Shown here in pieces: positions 1 to 15,226 of a DNA stretch of 64,000 nt. Every line of letters begins with the position of its first letter. Position 1 is the first letter of the stretch. The stretch is from the human T2T-CHM13v2.0 reference genome, Homo sapiens, in NCBI RefSeq assembly GCF_009914755.1, contig NC_060939.1; one strand, written 5' to 3'. The notes beneath the pieces were generated by a model. The model had not been told where the DNA came from and searched no databases. It worked only from the letters and a program-made list of their open reading frames with translations. A program made the translations under genes and the position numbers.

Positions 1-1160
1 CACCTGCTCCACCCTAACTCATTCCGACCACCTGCTCCACCCTAACTCATTCCTATCACCTGCTCCACCCTAACTCATTCCGACCACCTGCTCCACCCTA
101 ACTCATTCCGACCACCTGCTCCACCCTAACTCATTCCGACCACCTGCTCCACCCTAACTCATTCGATCACCTGCTCCACCCTAACTCATTCCGATCACCT
201 GCTCCACCCTAACTCATTCGATCACCTGCTCCACCCTAACTCATTCCGACCACCTGCTCCACCCTAACTCATTCCGATCACCTGCTCCACCCTCATTCCG
301 ACCACCTGCTCCACCCTAACTCATTCCGACCACCTGCTCCACCCTAACTCATTCCGACCACCTGCTCCACCCTAACTCATTCGATCACCTGCTCCACCCT
401 AACTCATTCCGATCACCTGCTCCACCCTAACTCATTCGATCACCTGCTCCACCCTAACTCATTCCGACCACCTGCTCCACCCTAACTCATTCCGACCACC
501 TGCTCCACCCTAACTCATTCCGACCACCTGCTCCACCCTAACTCATTCCGACCACCTGCTCCACCCTAACTCATTCCCACCACCTGCTCCACCCTAACTC
601 ATTCCGACCACCTGCTCCACCCTAACTCATTCCGACCACCTGCTCCACCCTAACTCATTCCGATCACCTGCTCCACCCTAACTCATTCCTATCACCTGCT
701 CCACCCTAACTCATTCCTATCACCTGCTCCACCCTAACTCATTCCTATCACCTGCTCCACCCTAACTCATTCCGATCACCTGCTCCACCCTAACTCATTC
801 CGACCACCTGCTCCACCCTAACTCATTCCGACCACCTGCTCCACCCTAACTCATTCCGATCACCTGCTCCACCCTCATTCCGATCACCTGCTCCACCCTC
901 ATTCCGACCACCTGCTCCACCCTAACTCATTCCGACCACCTGCTCCACCCTAACTCATTCCGACCACCTGCTCCACCCTCATTCCGACCACCTGCTCCAC
1001 CCTAACTCATTCCGACCACCTGCTCCACCCTAACTCATTCCGACCACCTGCTCCACCCTAACTCATTCCGATCACCTGCTCCACCCTCATTCCGACCACC
1101 TGCTCCACCCTTACTCATTCTGATCACCTGCTCCACCCTAACTCATTCTGATCACCTGCT
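1..1160 (+). repeat. 28-bp minisatellite CACCTGCTCCACCCTAACTCATTCCGAC, about 41 visible copies
   Basis: Direct tandem array with 24-, 27- and 28-bp variant units and no spacers. Confidence 0.97.
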
Positions 1161-1464
1161 ATCTGCTCTCCCCTGACTCCCGCCAAAGCACTTACCCTGT
1201 CATTCTCTTTAAATTAGCCCATTGGAAGTAGTTTAGCCTGTGCGATCTAACCCTAGCCAATGGGGGACCGACACAGCACCAGGGGCCACGTGCGTCAGGG
1301 ATAAGAACCCCTTCCCCTCCTTTGTCCAAATGTGCACTCGCCATTGTTCCATCTGTAAGGGCGCACCCTTCTATATAGAAGTAACTTGCCTTGCTGAGAA
1401 TTAAAAGGAACATTTTATATTCGAGTGCTATTTCTTTTGTGGCACCAAAACTTTATATATAACA
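1..1464 (+). mobile_element. LTR10-family (HERV-I) LTR, LTR10F/A-like, 5' end outside the window
   Basis: 1165-1464 matches the recalled LTR10 3' part (CTCTTTAAATTAGCC...GGGCCACGTGCGTCAGGGATAAGAACCCC...AAACTTTATATATAACA), preceded by the LTR10 internal VNTR. Confidence 0.8.
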
Positions 1465-1734
1465 ATATATATAACAAAATGATAAAGGGAAAAGGCAAGT
1501 AAATTTTTATCCTCAGGTAGAAGGCATAGGACAAAATGGAAGGTTTAAGCAAGATGTAGGTTTGTGCAAGATTAATCTCATGAAAATAATTTTATGTGTG
1601 ATCAGATTGACTAAAATTAGAAAATTTAAGTTTTTAAAAAACTGAGCATTAGTATGAAAAGTACACTGATGGGAGGGAGGAGTTTGAGCCTCTGTGTTAG
1701 AACAAGGTTTTCTTGGAGCATTGCTCTGCCCTTA

Positions 1735-2058
<324 letters not shown>

Positions 2059-2168
2059 TTACCTTTTAGGTAGCTGGCCTAGGAAACTGATTCTATGTTT
2101 AATCAAGATAATTTCTTGTGCTTTGTATCTTTGAAATCTTCTGTCACTTTGGTTTTATTTCACAGTGA

Positions 2169-2333
<165 letters not shown>

Positions 2334-2924
2334 TAAACCTTGGATATTTGACAAACTTTTCAAAAAACTTTTGACCGAAATTAACTTTAGGACATTCCAG
2401 AAAGCCCTGGAACTTCTAAAAGGAACTGTAAAACAAAGAGATTAAGCCAACATGGGCTTATCGAATATTTTAAATTATATGGGAAGCACTGTCAAAACAT
2501 GGAATGATGTTTAGCCTTCGAGTGACAGTTATATGGATGTGTTATTAATAGATGTTCCAAAATTGTATAAAGTTCCTAGAAACCTATGTCTTCATATAAA
2601 TGCTATCAGTCATAATTATGGTTCACGAATAACCAAATTTCCTTGTCAACTGCATTGCCATAGCCATTTTAAGCCTTGGTGTTCATAGCAATTGCTTTAT
2701 TCCAATGCCTTTCTGAAAGTTACTTGCAAGCACTTACAATCTTCAAGTGTTATGTCTTCAGGGCAGTTCATGGAAAGAATGGAAAGAATGAAAAAAACTC
2801 TGACAAGTATATAGTTTCTAATAATTTTGAGTTCATAGCATTGGACTGAATTTCCAAAACTATAATAGCACAAAACTGATGGGCTTGTGCTAAGCAAGTT
2901 CACAGCAGGAATTAATTACATGGA

Positions 2925-3085
2925 GCTGGGCACGGTGGCTCATGAATGTAATGTCAGCACTTTGGGAGACTGAGGCAGGAGGATGGCTTGAACACAGGAG
3001 CTTGAGGCTGCAGTGAGCTATGATCGTGCCACTGCACTCCGGCCTGGTGACTGAAACATACATACATACATACAAGCATACATAT
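2925..3085 (+). mobile_element. Alu monomer (FLAM-like) with (TACA)n tail
   Basis: GCTGGGCACGGTGGCTC...GCAGTGAGCTATGATCGTGCCACTGCACTCC. Confidence 0.75.
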
Positions 3086-3094
3086 ATAAAACAT

Positions 3095-3488
3095 GTGCCT
3101 ACCATATGTTTCAGCCATTCCACCTCTGGATTTATCTAAGAGATGTGTCTAAGAGAATGAAAGACTAAGTCTTTGCAAAGACTTTTATATGAATTTTTAT
3201 AGCACATTTATGTATCACAACCAAAAATTGTAAACAACCCAAATGTCTATCAACAGATGAATGAATCCAAAAGATACATAGTTGAGCTATACTATATATC
3301 TCAACCAAATACTACTCTCAATAAAAAGAAATAAACTGTGAATACCTACAACTTGGATAAATCTCAAAATATTTATACTGAGAGAAAAAAGTCAGACGAA
3401 AAAAGGACACACTGTATTATTCCATTTCTATCTCTTAAAAATTCAAAATAATCTGCAGTGACTGAAAGAAGATCAGTGGTTGTCCGGG
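3095..3488 (+). mobile_element. old L1 (L1M) 3' fragment
   Basis: AAACAACCCAAATGTCTATCAACAGATGAATG and GATCAGTGGTTG motifs. Confidence 0.65.
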
Positions 3489-4549
3489 GCCACTCTCAGT
3501 ACCAATTTACTGTATGAGTCTGTTCTCACACTGCTAATAAAGACATACCCGAGACTGGGTAATTTATAAAGGAAAGAGAGTTAATTGACTCACACTTACC
3601 ACAGAGTCCCCACAGGGGCAGCACCTAGTGGAGCTGTGAGAAGAGGGCCACCGTCCTCCAGACCCCAGAATGGTCGATCCATGGACAGCTTGCACTAAGT
3701 GCCTGGAAAAGCCACAGACACTCAACGCCAGCTGTGAAAGCAGCCAGGAGTGGGGCTGTACCCAGCAAAGCCACAAGGGTGGAGCTATCCAAGGCCATGG
3801 CAGCCCACCTCTGGCATCAGTGTGACCTAGATGTGAGACATGGAGTCAAAGGAGATCATTTTGGAGCTTTAAGATTTAATGACTGCCCTATGGATTTTGG
3901 ACTTGCATGGGGCCTGTAGCCCCTTTGTTTTAGCCAACCTCTCCCATTTGGAATGGCTATATTTACCCAGTGCCTGTTCCCCCATTGTATCTAGGAGGTA
4001 ACTAATTTGCTTTTGATTTCATAGTCTCATAGGCAGAAGGGACTTGCTTTGTCTCAAATGAGACTTCGGACTTGGACTTTTGGGTTAATGCTGGAATGAA
4101 TTAAGACTTTGGGGGACTGTTGGAAAGGCATGGCTGTGTTTTGAAATGTGAGGACGTGAGATTTGGGTAGGGTGGAATGATATGGTTTGGCTGTGTCTCT
4201 ACCAAAATCTCATCTTGAATTGTGGCTCCCGTAGTCCCCACATGTTGTGGGAGGGATCCGGTGGGAGGTAAATGACTCAGGGGTCGGTTCCCCCCATGCT
4301 GTTCTCGTGACAGTGAGTTCTCATGAGATCTGATGGTCTTATAAGGGCCTTTTCCCCCTTTTGCTCGGCACTTCTCCTTCCTGTCAACCATATAAAGAAT
4401 GACATGTTTACTTCCCCTTCAGCCATGATTATAAGTTTCAAGAGGCCTCCCCGGCCATGCCAAACTGTGAGTCAGTTAAACCTCTTTCCTTTATAAATTA
4501 CCCAGTCTTGGGTATGTTTTTATTAGCAGTCTGAGAGTAGACTAATACA
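3489..4549 (+). mobile_element. THE1/MST MaLR element with an inverted 5' piece
   Basis: 3489-3594 is LTR end plus internal start on the minus strand, about 3600-4177 is internal sequence on plus, and 4178-4549 is a full plus-strand LTR (TGATATGGTTTGG...ACTAATACA). Confidence 0.85.
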
Positions 4550-5092
<543 letters not shown>

Positions 5093-6279
5093 GTCCAAAT
5101 TATACATTTTAAATATGTGTGGTTTATTTTATGTCAGTCAGACCTCAATAAGGCTGTTTAAAAAACGAAAGGGCAGCTAAAGTTTTCAACCGATAATTAA
5201 CAATGTTTTTTTTTCAAGTGACACACATTTTCCCAAACTTTTGGTTTTTTGAAAGACTCTTACTGAGCAGCTAAAAACAACCAGTTAATGAACTGCCTGT
5301 CTTTAAGAAACTACTGTCATCTGACTTATCCAAGGCTATTTTCAACTTAGGGAAAGGGAAGCTTATTTTTGTAAGAAAATAATTGCTCCTCCACCTGCAC
5401 TCAATTCATTCTCAAGCAAAATTAACCTGCTGAGAATAAGGGTGTTATTTTACGTGCCTAAATTGCTTGCCCATGGAATTCTTGAAATAAATTATTTTCA
5501 CTGGGACTAGGCATCCTTTTAATTCTAGATCACTAATTTAACATCCGCTCATCTGTTGGTCTTGAATATCAGCAACCAGTGAGTCCGACTCATCCCAAAC
5601 GACAGCAGATGGCCAGGCTCCTCCCCCTGCATCCAGACTCACTTCCTCCTGGTGAAGTTGGCTCTCCAGCATCCCTTCCAGCACTGGGCTCCCAGAAGGA
5701 TGCCTCTGAGAGGCTTCCACGCACATGAGTGTTAATTTCATGTGTCAACTTGAGTGGGCCACAGGGTGCCCGGATTAAAGATTGTTTCTGTGAATGTCTG
5801 TCCTCTGTCATTATTTGGAAAAGCTGGAGGAACACAGGCTGCAGATTAATGAAGACCAGGACACAGCAAGACACTGATTCTGCAGCACCTGCTGTAAAAT
5901 GATTCACTCCAGGAAGCACAGGATCAGTGCAAATAAGTGCTGTTAATAATTAACTACTTTGCAGATGAGAGCTGGCCAGCTATAAGCTCCTCCCCTGTGG
6001 ATCAATCAATAAGCAATGGAAATAAAGCATCCCTAAAATTATATCTATAGGAGAACACCGTTTCATTTTATTTTATTTAGAGCTTTTCAAAAGTACATTT
6101 TTTTGTAAAAGATAACCTCTCTGTGTCTTCTTTTAAGTGCTTGATTAGTGAAGTATGAAAATATCAACTATGTCAGGAAAGCAAGATCACAGAAGCGGAT
6201 TATCCCACTTGCATGCAAAACCAAGGACAACAATTAGAGAAGAATATGCCTCATTATGTCCAGGTGACACCCATGCAAT

Positions 6280-6425
6280 GCAGGGCTTCTCAGTCTCCAA
6301 TGGGCACATGAATCCCCCAGGATCTTGTCAAAATGCAGATCCTTGCCTCAGTGGATCTGGGCAGGGCCTGGGACTCTGCATTTCTTCAAGGCACCGAGTG
6401 AGGCTGATGCTGTTATTCCACTGAC
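6280..6425. mobile_element. MER5-type hAT DNA transposon remnant
   Basis: CTTGTCAAAATGCAGAT...GGGCCTGGGACTCTGCATTTC. Confidence 0.7.
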
Positions 6426-6522
6426 CCGACAAAGACTTACGAAAATGAGGAATCCTGGGCAAAGAGCTTTCCAACCTAAGGTGCACCGTGCAGCGCGGGC
6501 TTCCAGGACTCAGGATGTTCCC

Positions 6523-6945
6523 TGCTACAGATGGCAGGTTTGAGTCCCCCAAAATGTATATGTTAAAACTTAGCCCTTAGAATGTATGTGTTTGAGTCCC
6601 CCATGTATATGTTAAAACCTAGTCCTTAATTTGATGGTATTTGAAGGTGGGTCCTTGGGAGGTGATTAGGGCATGAGGGTGGAGCCTCACGAGTGGGATT
6701 AGTGCCCTTCTAAGAAGAGACACTCACTCGAAGTTCTGCCTCTCTCTCTCTCTCCACCATGTGAGGACACAGAGTGAAGGTGGCTGTCTGCAGGCCGGGA
6801 AGAGGGCCCTTGCCAGACGCCAGATCTACTGGCGCCTCAATCTTGTATTCCCAGCTTCCAGAACTGTCAGAAATAAATGTCTATTATTTATACGTGACCC
6901 AGTCTGTGGTCATTTCATTACAGTATTAGGAACAGACCAAGATAT
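6523..6945 (+). mobile_element. MLT1A/B MaLR LTR
   Basis: GGTGGAGCCTCACGAGTGGGATTAGTGCCCTT...CCAGAACTGTCAGAAATAAATG, with a small internal duplication at 6538-6625. Confidence 0.8.
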
Positions 6946-8175
6946 TCCCTTTCCAACAATCTGAGCTATCCTTCACTTCTTCCCATCACCTGAAATATAA
7001 AGGGTTATCACTCAGCCTATGATGCTAGAAACCGCAGACGCTCTACCTTCGGGTTTAGGAGTGCCATGAGCTAAAAGCTCCGGCCTGCTAATGGCAGAGG
7101 GTAATTGTGGCTTCCATGACTGGGTTCAGGAAATGAGTGCCACTGGGGACCTGAGACTGCAGGGAAAGGTAAGGAAATGCACTTCATTCTATTAAACCTC
7201 CCGGCTGAAGCGTTTGTCTGTGGAATGCTAGTGAGGATGCAGGACACACATTAAACAGCATCAAGACTTGCTTCTAGACGATTTTCTCCTTGAAGCCTAG
7301 ACTTTAAACAGCCCTGATGTTTCAGGTGAAGGATCTCTGGGGAGCACCAGCAGCCCTGTGGAGCCCTCATGATGAAGTCAGCACAACACAGTGGGGCGGG
7401 GCGGGGGTGTTGTGTCTGCCTGGCACAGCCTGGTGGCTTCGTGGAGAGACAATGTTTAACAGCCAGTAGCATAGTAATCCAATATTCTCCACTCCTCTAT
7501 AGAATACCTGCCAATAATGACAACATGTGAACAAAGAATTCCCCTTCAGCATCAGAACTTTCCATTAGAAACACGTCTACCTGCTCCTGCCTTTGATATC
7601 TCAGAAGCCCTCCAGAACATTCAGCGTGTCCAACTTGCTCTGGTTTTCTGGCACCAAGAAAGCTCAGGTTAAAGTCAGAGACTTAGCGTTCCCACCCACA
7701 TTCCAGAATTCTGCCCGTGTAGAGCCTCTAATGATATCACATCCCTCACCGCGGCACTACAGCTGTCCTGCTCTTATGTGCAGGTAAGCGGTCACTCCTG
7801 AAGTCCTGGGCAAGGAAAAGATCATTGAGACGCAGCTTCCTCCTTCCCAGAGCTCGGGCTGGAAGCTCCCAGCCCTGGACAGCCAATTCTCATCTAATAC
7901 CCAAACTCTCCAGCCTCACCTTAATTCTTCCAGCTCTGTGGATTAGACAGCGGTATTGTATTCATGATCAAGTTCTTCTCACAGAGACGCAAACCCTTTT
8001 CTCTATAACTTCACTCCTGGTGCCGGTCTCACCTTTCCTCCAGTAGCCTGCCTTTCAATGACAGCAGCAGCAGGGCAGTGCTGAGGGCGGCCACCCTTCT
8101 GAGCACTCACCACCTGCCAGGTGCAGTGCAAAGGACAGGCCAGAAGGACCTCTGACATCATTCCCATTTTGCAGA

Positions 8176-8520
8176 TGTATCAGTCCGTTTTCACATTGCT
8201 AATAAAGACATACCCAAAACTGGGAACAAAAAGAGATTTAATTGGACTTACAGTTCCACATAGCTGGGGAGGCTTCAGAGTCATGGTGCAAGGTGAAAGG
8301 CACTTCTTACATGGTGGCGGCAAGACAAAAATTAGGAAGAAACAAAAGTGGAAACCCCTCATAAACCCATCAGGTCTAGTGAGACTTATTCACTGTCACG
8401 AGAATAGCACAAGAAAGACCAGACTCCATGATTCAGTTACCTCCCCCTGGTTCCCACAACATGTGGGAATTCCGGGAGATACAATTCAAGTTGAGATTTG
8501 GGTGGGGACAAACCATATCA
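8176..8520 (-). mobile_element. THE1B/C solo LTR inside a MIR remnant
   Basis: TGTATCAGTCCGTTTTCAC...CCATATCA with a 5-bp target-site duplication GCAGA. Confidence 0.9.
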
Positions 8521-10764
8521 GCAGATACTGAAACTGAGGCCCAGAGAGGTCAAATGATGTTCTTGGATTACAAGCTAGCAAATGTAGGAGGCAGACCCCA
8601 AAGCTCACTCTCCATGCCATGCTGTAGCCTGCCTGTATAATCAAGTGTCTCACTGTGCTGTGGTCAGGCCCTCAGACCCAACATCCTCAAGCCCCCAAAT
8701 GCTCCACCAGCATCTCCCTCCCCAGGCCCAGCCCAGCAGCCCACACCCCTCCTGAAATAGGGCTTCCCTCTGAGCCAGCAGAAGAAGTGAGGAGGGCAGG
8801 AAGCTCCACCAGCCTCTATTGTAATTGGATCTTCCTGCTGGCAGTTCTCGGTGACAAGAAAGGGCCAGGTGGTGCTTACATGCACTGAGGAACCACACGC
8901 TCAAACACTGCCTCCAGGCCCCAACCCAGCCGCTTCCATCCCAGCACCCTGAGCTCAGTGTCTGTGCCGCCTGCAAGCGCTCCTCGGGCCTCAGCAAAAC
9001 ATCCTAGAACACAGCTAGGTGCCACGGGGACTAGAGCTGCAGCTTGAGAAGGCACCAGTCCCAAAAAACTCCCGAAAAATACTCTAATCGGGGTTTTGTC
9101 CATACTTTAAACTAGTGGAACTGTTTCTAAAAAAAAAAAAAAAAAACCTTTAATGGGCCCCATATAACTTAATACATGGACATTCACAGGCAGACATATA
9201 CACATACACACACTTTGCCCTGCCTGGTTTCTTGGCATCAGCAATTTCTTTGAAGAGGGCTGCTCCGCTACATAGCACATTACAGTCAGATGTGTGGGCA
9301 GCAATCAAATTCCCTTCTGCCTGTTCTGGTCTAGAGAGCCATTCCCTAACTTTACCATGGTATTCACAGGTGACACTCACCGCTGCAGGCCTTTCAGCCT
9401 GAGAGTGCCAAGGTTAGAACTGCAATTTTGGTGCATCATTCTGGCAGGTGCTGCAGCAGAACGTAGGGCTTCCTGCAGAGAGGAGATGGGTGGACATGCT
9501 GTGGCACCCCTGAGACGGTGAAGGGGGTGCCATGCAAGGCTGCTGTCACCAGGAAGCAGAGGATGGATGGAGGCTGCGCCACATCCCGGACAGCGAGTCT
9601 GCTGGGAGACCTGGATGAACCGGGGCTCAGGCAGAGAGGCATGGGGTTGGGGAGTGCTGTAAGAACAGGATCTGGAGCCCAATGTTGGGTTTGCAGCACA
9701 GCCCCTCCTCTGACTGGCTGCATAGTAGGGTGAGCCCATTGACCTGTCCAGACCTGGATCCCTTTATTTGTAAAATAGGGAAGCAACTGTACTTATCTCA
9801 GCGTGGTGGTTCTTAGTGCAGAAGAGCCTGGAGCACCCCAGTGCCTGGCCCACCCCACATGAGGGGAGTCAGAATGCAGGGGTGAGCCCAGGCCTTTGGG
9901 ACTTCTAAAGCTCCTCAGGGGAATCCCACCTCGGCCAATGAGACACTAAGAGGCTAAAAACTAATGCGTGCTAGCTGCCTGTGCTAAGTGCTGGCAGATG
10001 TTCTCTGCAGCCACTGCAGTGAGCAAGGACCCAGCCGCTGTCACCTCGCTGAAGTACTGTGCTGTAGACAGAGGTAGGTGTGCTCACTGGAGTATGGGAC
10101 CCTTGCGGGCCCTCTGTCTGAGACGCATCTAACATGCCAACCTGGATGGGTGCATGGGCAGGCACTGGGCATCCCTGACCTGGGAGACACTGGGGTGAAC
10201 ATGGGGCCAAGGGGGTCCAACGGGCGCACCAGGGCTGGCTCCCAAAGTCCCCTCACCCCTGTGAGGCTGGTTCCTGGACTTGCACGTGCAGAATCTACAG
10301 GACTTGGCAGCTGGTTCTCTGCACTGGATGAGGGACAGCCAGGTCAGAGGGAACCCCAAGTGCTGGGCCGGCATGACGAGGAAACCGCTGGACCCTTCAC
10401 AGGACACAGCACGCGAGCAGCTGCGATGGAGGGAGGGTCAGTGGCTTGGGCCTCCAGAGCTGTGGGCTGGTGAGCGGCAGGGGCTCCTGGGCCACTGCTC
10501 CTGTCACTGTGGCTCACAGTCATTACTGTGGACTTTCTGTGAAAGATGTAATCTGAGAAAAAATGGCATTGTCTGTTTAAAAGAAAAGCAGTGCTTCCTG
10601 ATTCCTTCTACTTGCAAGTGTGGACTGAGAGGCAAAGCTCCTGGCTGGGCACCTGGACTCCCATCCTGTCCACCCCAAGTGCTTCAACCCCAGACCCAGG
10701 TCCAGGTCCAGGTCCCGCCTTGTGTTTCCAATTTCTAATTGACTCTCAGCAGAGCTCTCTCTCT

Positions 10765-11048
10765 CTTTTTTTTTTTTTTTCTTTTGAGACAGGGTATCAC
10801 TCTGTCATTCAGGCTGGGGTGCAATGGCACAATCTAGGCTTACTGCAACCTTAACTTCCCAGGCTCAAGCAATCCTCCCACCTCACCTGCCCAAGTAGCT
10901 GGGCTAATTTTTTTTTTTTTTTTTTTTTTTGGTAGCAATAGGGTCTCAATTTGTTGCTCAGGTTGGTCTCAAACTCCTGGGTTTATGTGGCCCTCCCACC
11001 TTGGCCTCCCAAAGTGCTGGGATTCCAGGTGTAAACCACCATGCCTGG
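10765..11048 (-). mobile_element. AluJ-like
   Basis: Reverse Alu with a long internal T run. Confidence 0.85.
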
Positions 11049-11092
11049 TAGAGCCCTCTTTTCACTACTGGTGTAAAACAAGTCTGGATTAC

Positions 11093-11181
11093 TTTTATAA
11101 TGTTAAACAAGCAGGGAACAGGAAAAACACTACGTATTGCTTCCGTAGAAATTATGTCTTCCTTGAAGGAAATGCTAAGAA
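11093..11181 (-). pseudogene. candidate fossil exon (LSISFKEDIISTEAIRSVFPVPCLFNIIK)
   Basis: ctcctttaaaAG acceptor, AAA|GTAATC donor, 89 nt, open in phase 1 to 0. Confidence 0.4.
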
Positions 11182-11426
11182 CTTTTAAAGGAGAGTTTAG
11201 TTAAGGGTTGAAAGGTTTTCCCTCACTATTTCTAAGGGAAATGTTTAATAGAATTTCTGTCCTGACATTGCTTATTAGTGCCTTGACTCTCACACACACA
11301 TGCATGCACACGCGCTCCAATACTGAAACACACTCTAATCAGATTTTCGAAGTCTGCCCCATAGTAAAATCCTAATTCCTTTTGATCCACTGTTATCCAC
11401 AGAGCTTTTACTTTTACATGCATATA

Positions 11427-11803
<377 letters not shown>

Positions 11804-11995
11804 CTACCCGGGTGCCTCAGCCTTCAGCTAACTTTCTGGAACTGCAGTTTCTAGCTGTAGGTTCATCATGAGAAAGCATTTCCTCTTCCTGACAGTGGAG
11901 AGAATTGGGATGCAGTGAAATGGATTGATCTGAGGTGATCAGCATGGTGATGCCACCATCCAGGAATGGCGGTTACTTTCACTCCGAACCTGCAC

Positions 11996-12350
11996 TGTGA
12001 GGGGTTGAATTCTACCTTCCCCAGATTCATGCGTTCAAATCCTAACCCTGGATACCTCAGACTGTGCCCTTATTTGAAGACAGTTTTTAAAGAGGTAATA
12101 AGGGTTAAATGAGGTGACTGAGATGGACCCTGATCCAACAGGACTGGTGTCCTTAAAGAAGAGATCAGAACACAGACATACACAGAGGGACGACCACCTG
12201 CAAGCCCAGGAGAGAGGCCTCAAGTAAACCAACTCTGTCGGCACCTTGATCTCAGACTTCCAGACTCCAGAACTGTGAGAAAATAAATTTCTGCAGTTTA
12301 AGCCGCCCAATTCATGGCACCTTGTTATGGCAGCCCAAGCCAACTACGAG
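11996..12350 (+). mobile_element. MLT1C-like MaLR LTR
   Basis: GGGTTAAATGAGGT...CTCCAGAACTGTGAGAAAATAAATTTCTG. Confidence 0.75.
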
Positions 12351-12362
12351 GTGAGCATTTAA

Positions 12363-12465
12363 AACACGACCCGGGCGAGGTGGGGAGGGGCCCCACCCAT
12401 GTTTTCAGCCATCACAACACGACCCGGGCGAGGTGGGGAGGGGCCCCACCCATGTTTTCAGCCAT
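12363..12465 (+). repeat. perfect 2-copy tandem duplication, period 53 bp
   Basis: AACACGACCCGGGCGAGGTGGGGAGGGGCCCCACCCATGTTTTCAGCCAT at 12363 and 12416. Confidence 0.95.
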
Positions 12466-12827
12466 TCCAGACTTGACCACAGTTGGGGATCGGCCCAGCC
12501 CAGCCCAATCAGCCTGAGCAGCGACAGCAATGGTGACGCTGCTCTGCAGAGATGGCCCTGAGGGGCTTCACGGCCAGGCCCTGCGCCCCAACTGTTGGCC
12601 CAGAACCTGGCCCACCACTCACTTGGACCCCAGCAGGCCAAGGGGCTGACTCCCTCTGAGTCTCAGTGGCTCCTTTGCTAAATGGGAGTAATAACAGCAC
12701 CTTCTCAGAGCTGCCAAGAGAACTAAATGAATGAGGGCCTCACACAGGCAAGTGCCCAGTGTCAGATGGCACTGTTACCCAGCCAGGAGAAGGGAGTAGT
12801 GGGGGTAGTCACTCTCACCAGAGGGTT

Positions 12828-14392
<1,565 letters not shown>

Positions 14393-14679
14393 GGGTTACT
14401 AGCTTTCTGAACACTGACTCAGAGCCACCCCAATTCCAGGTTCTGGGCTGTGGCTGAATCTCTGGTCCATAGGAGATTTGCAGAAAAGGTAGGGCTCTCT
14501 CCTCCGAACGTCCCCCACCCACCCACCAGGCCCTGACGTCTCTGATGCTTGCGGCAGTCTGATCTCAGCTTCAGAACCCGACTTTGCACCCAAAACCTTT
14601 CCCTGCCCACTTTTAGCTTTAAAACAACACTCAAAATCCCCGAGAGGGGTTTCCGTGGCCCACGCAGGCTCACTGGGCC

Positions 14680-14923
14680 GAGATGGAGATGTCAACCTCA
14701 GAGTCTGTCCTCGCAGAATTTCCTGTCTGGTGGTCAAGAATCCAGAATGCTTGATAAAGGCCGGATGAGCAAACCAGCTATTTGAAGTTTTGTCCAAAAC
14801 AAACCTACATCCATAATGCTTTGAAGTTGGCCTTCTTTACCACACAAATGAAAGGGCTTGTTTCTCGCCAAGGGCTGGTGCCAGTGCGGCAAAGGTCAGT
14901 TGTGACAGGTGAGTGGAACGACC
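14680..14923 (-). pseudogene. candidate fossil exon (GRSTHLSQLTFAALAPALGEKQALSFVW*RRPTSKHYGCRFVLDKTSNSWFAHPAFIKHSGF...)
   Basis: gatcttcAG acceptor at 14924-14925, phase 0 after a 105-bp intron. 3' end not determined. Confidence 0.4.
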
Positions 14924-15028
14924 CTGAAGATCTGGCACAATTCCTAACCTATGAACACCCCGGCATGCACCCAATCCCCCACTCTCCGGAACCCCAGGGA
15001 AGACAGCGTGGCCAGCAATGACACTCAC

Positions 15029-15226
15029 ATTTCTTGTCCTTTTACAGTTTTGGGAGGCGGGGAACATAAGGCCTTCTGACAGACACACTACTGAAAAGGG
15101 CTTTGTGAAAACTGACAAATTGAAGAAGTTTGCAGGCCTGATCTCAGCTTGGTTAAAAGTCTCACTGGGGTTCACGAAGTCATTTCCTTGGCACACGGAT
15201 TATTCATTAGCAATGGTGAAAAAGCC
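15029..15226 (-). pseudogene. candidate fossil exon (GFFTIANE*SVCQGNDFVNPSETFNQAEIRPANFFNLSVFTKPFSVVCLSEGLMFPASQNCKRTRN)
   Basis: aattcAG acceptor, AAT|GTGAGT donor, 198 nt, phase 0 to 0, one stop. Confidence 0.5.

Noticed and set aside
1-1160. 28-bp repeat array as a CRISPR array or interstitial telomere
   Set aside because: Units are head-to-tail with no unique spacers, the context is eukaryotic, and there is only one CCCTAA per unit. It is the LTR10 internal VNTR.
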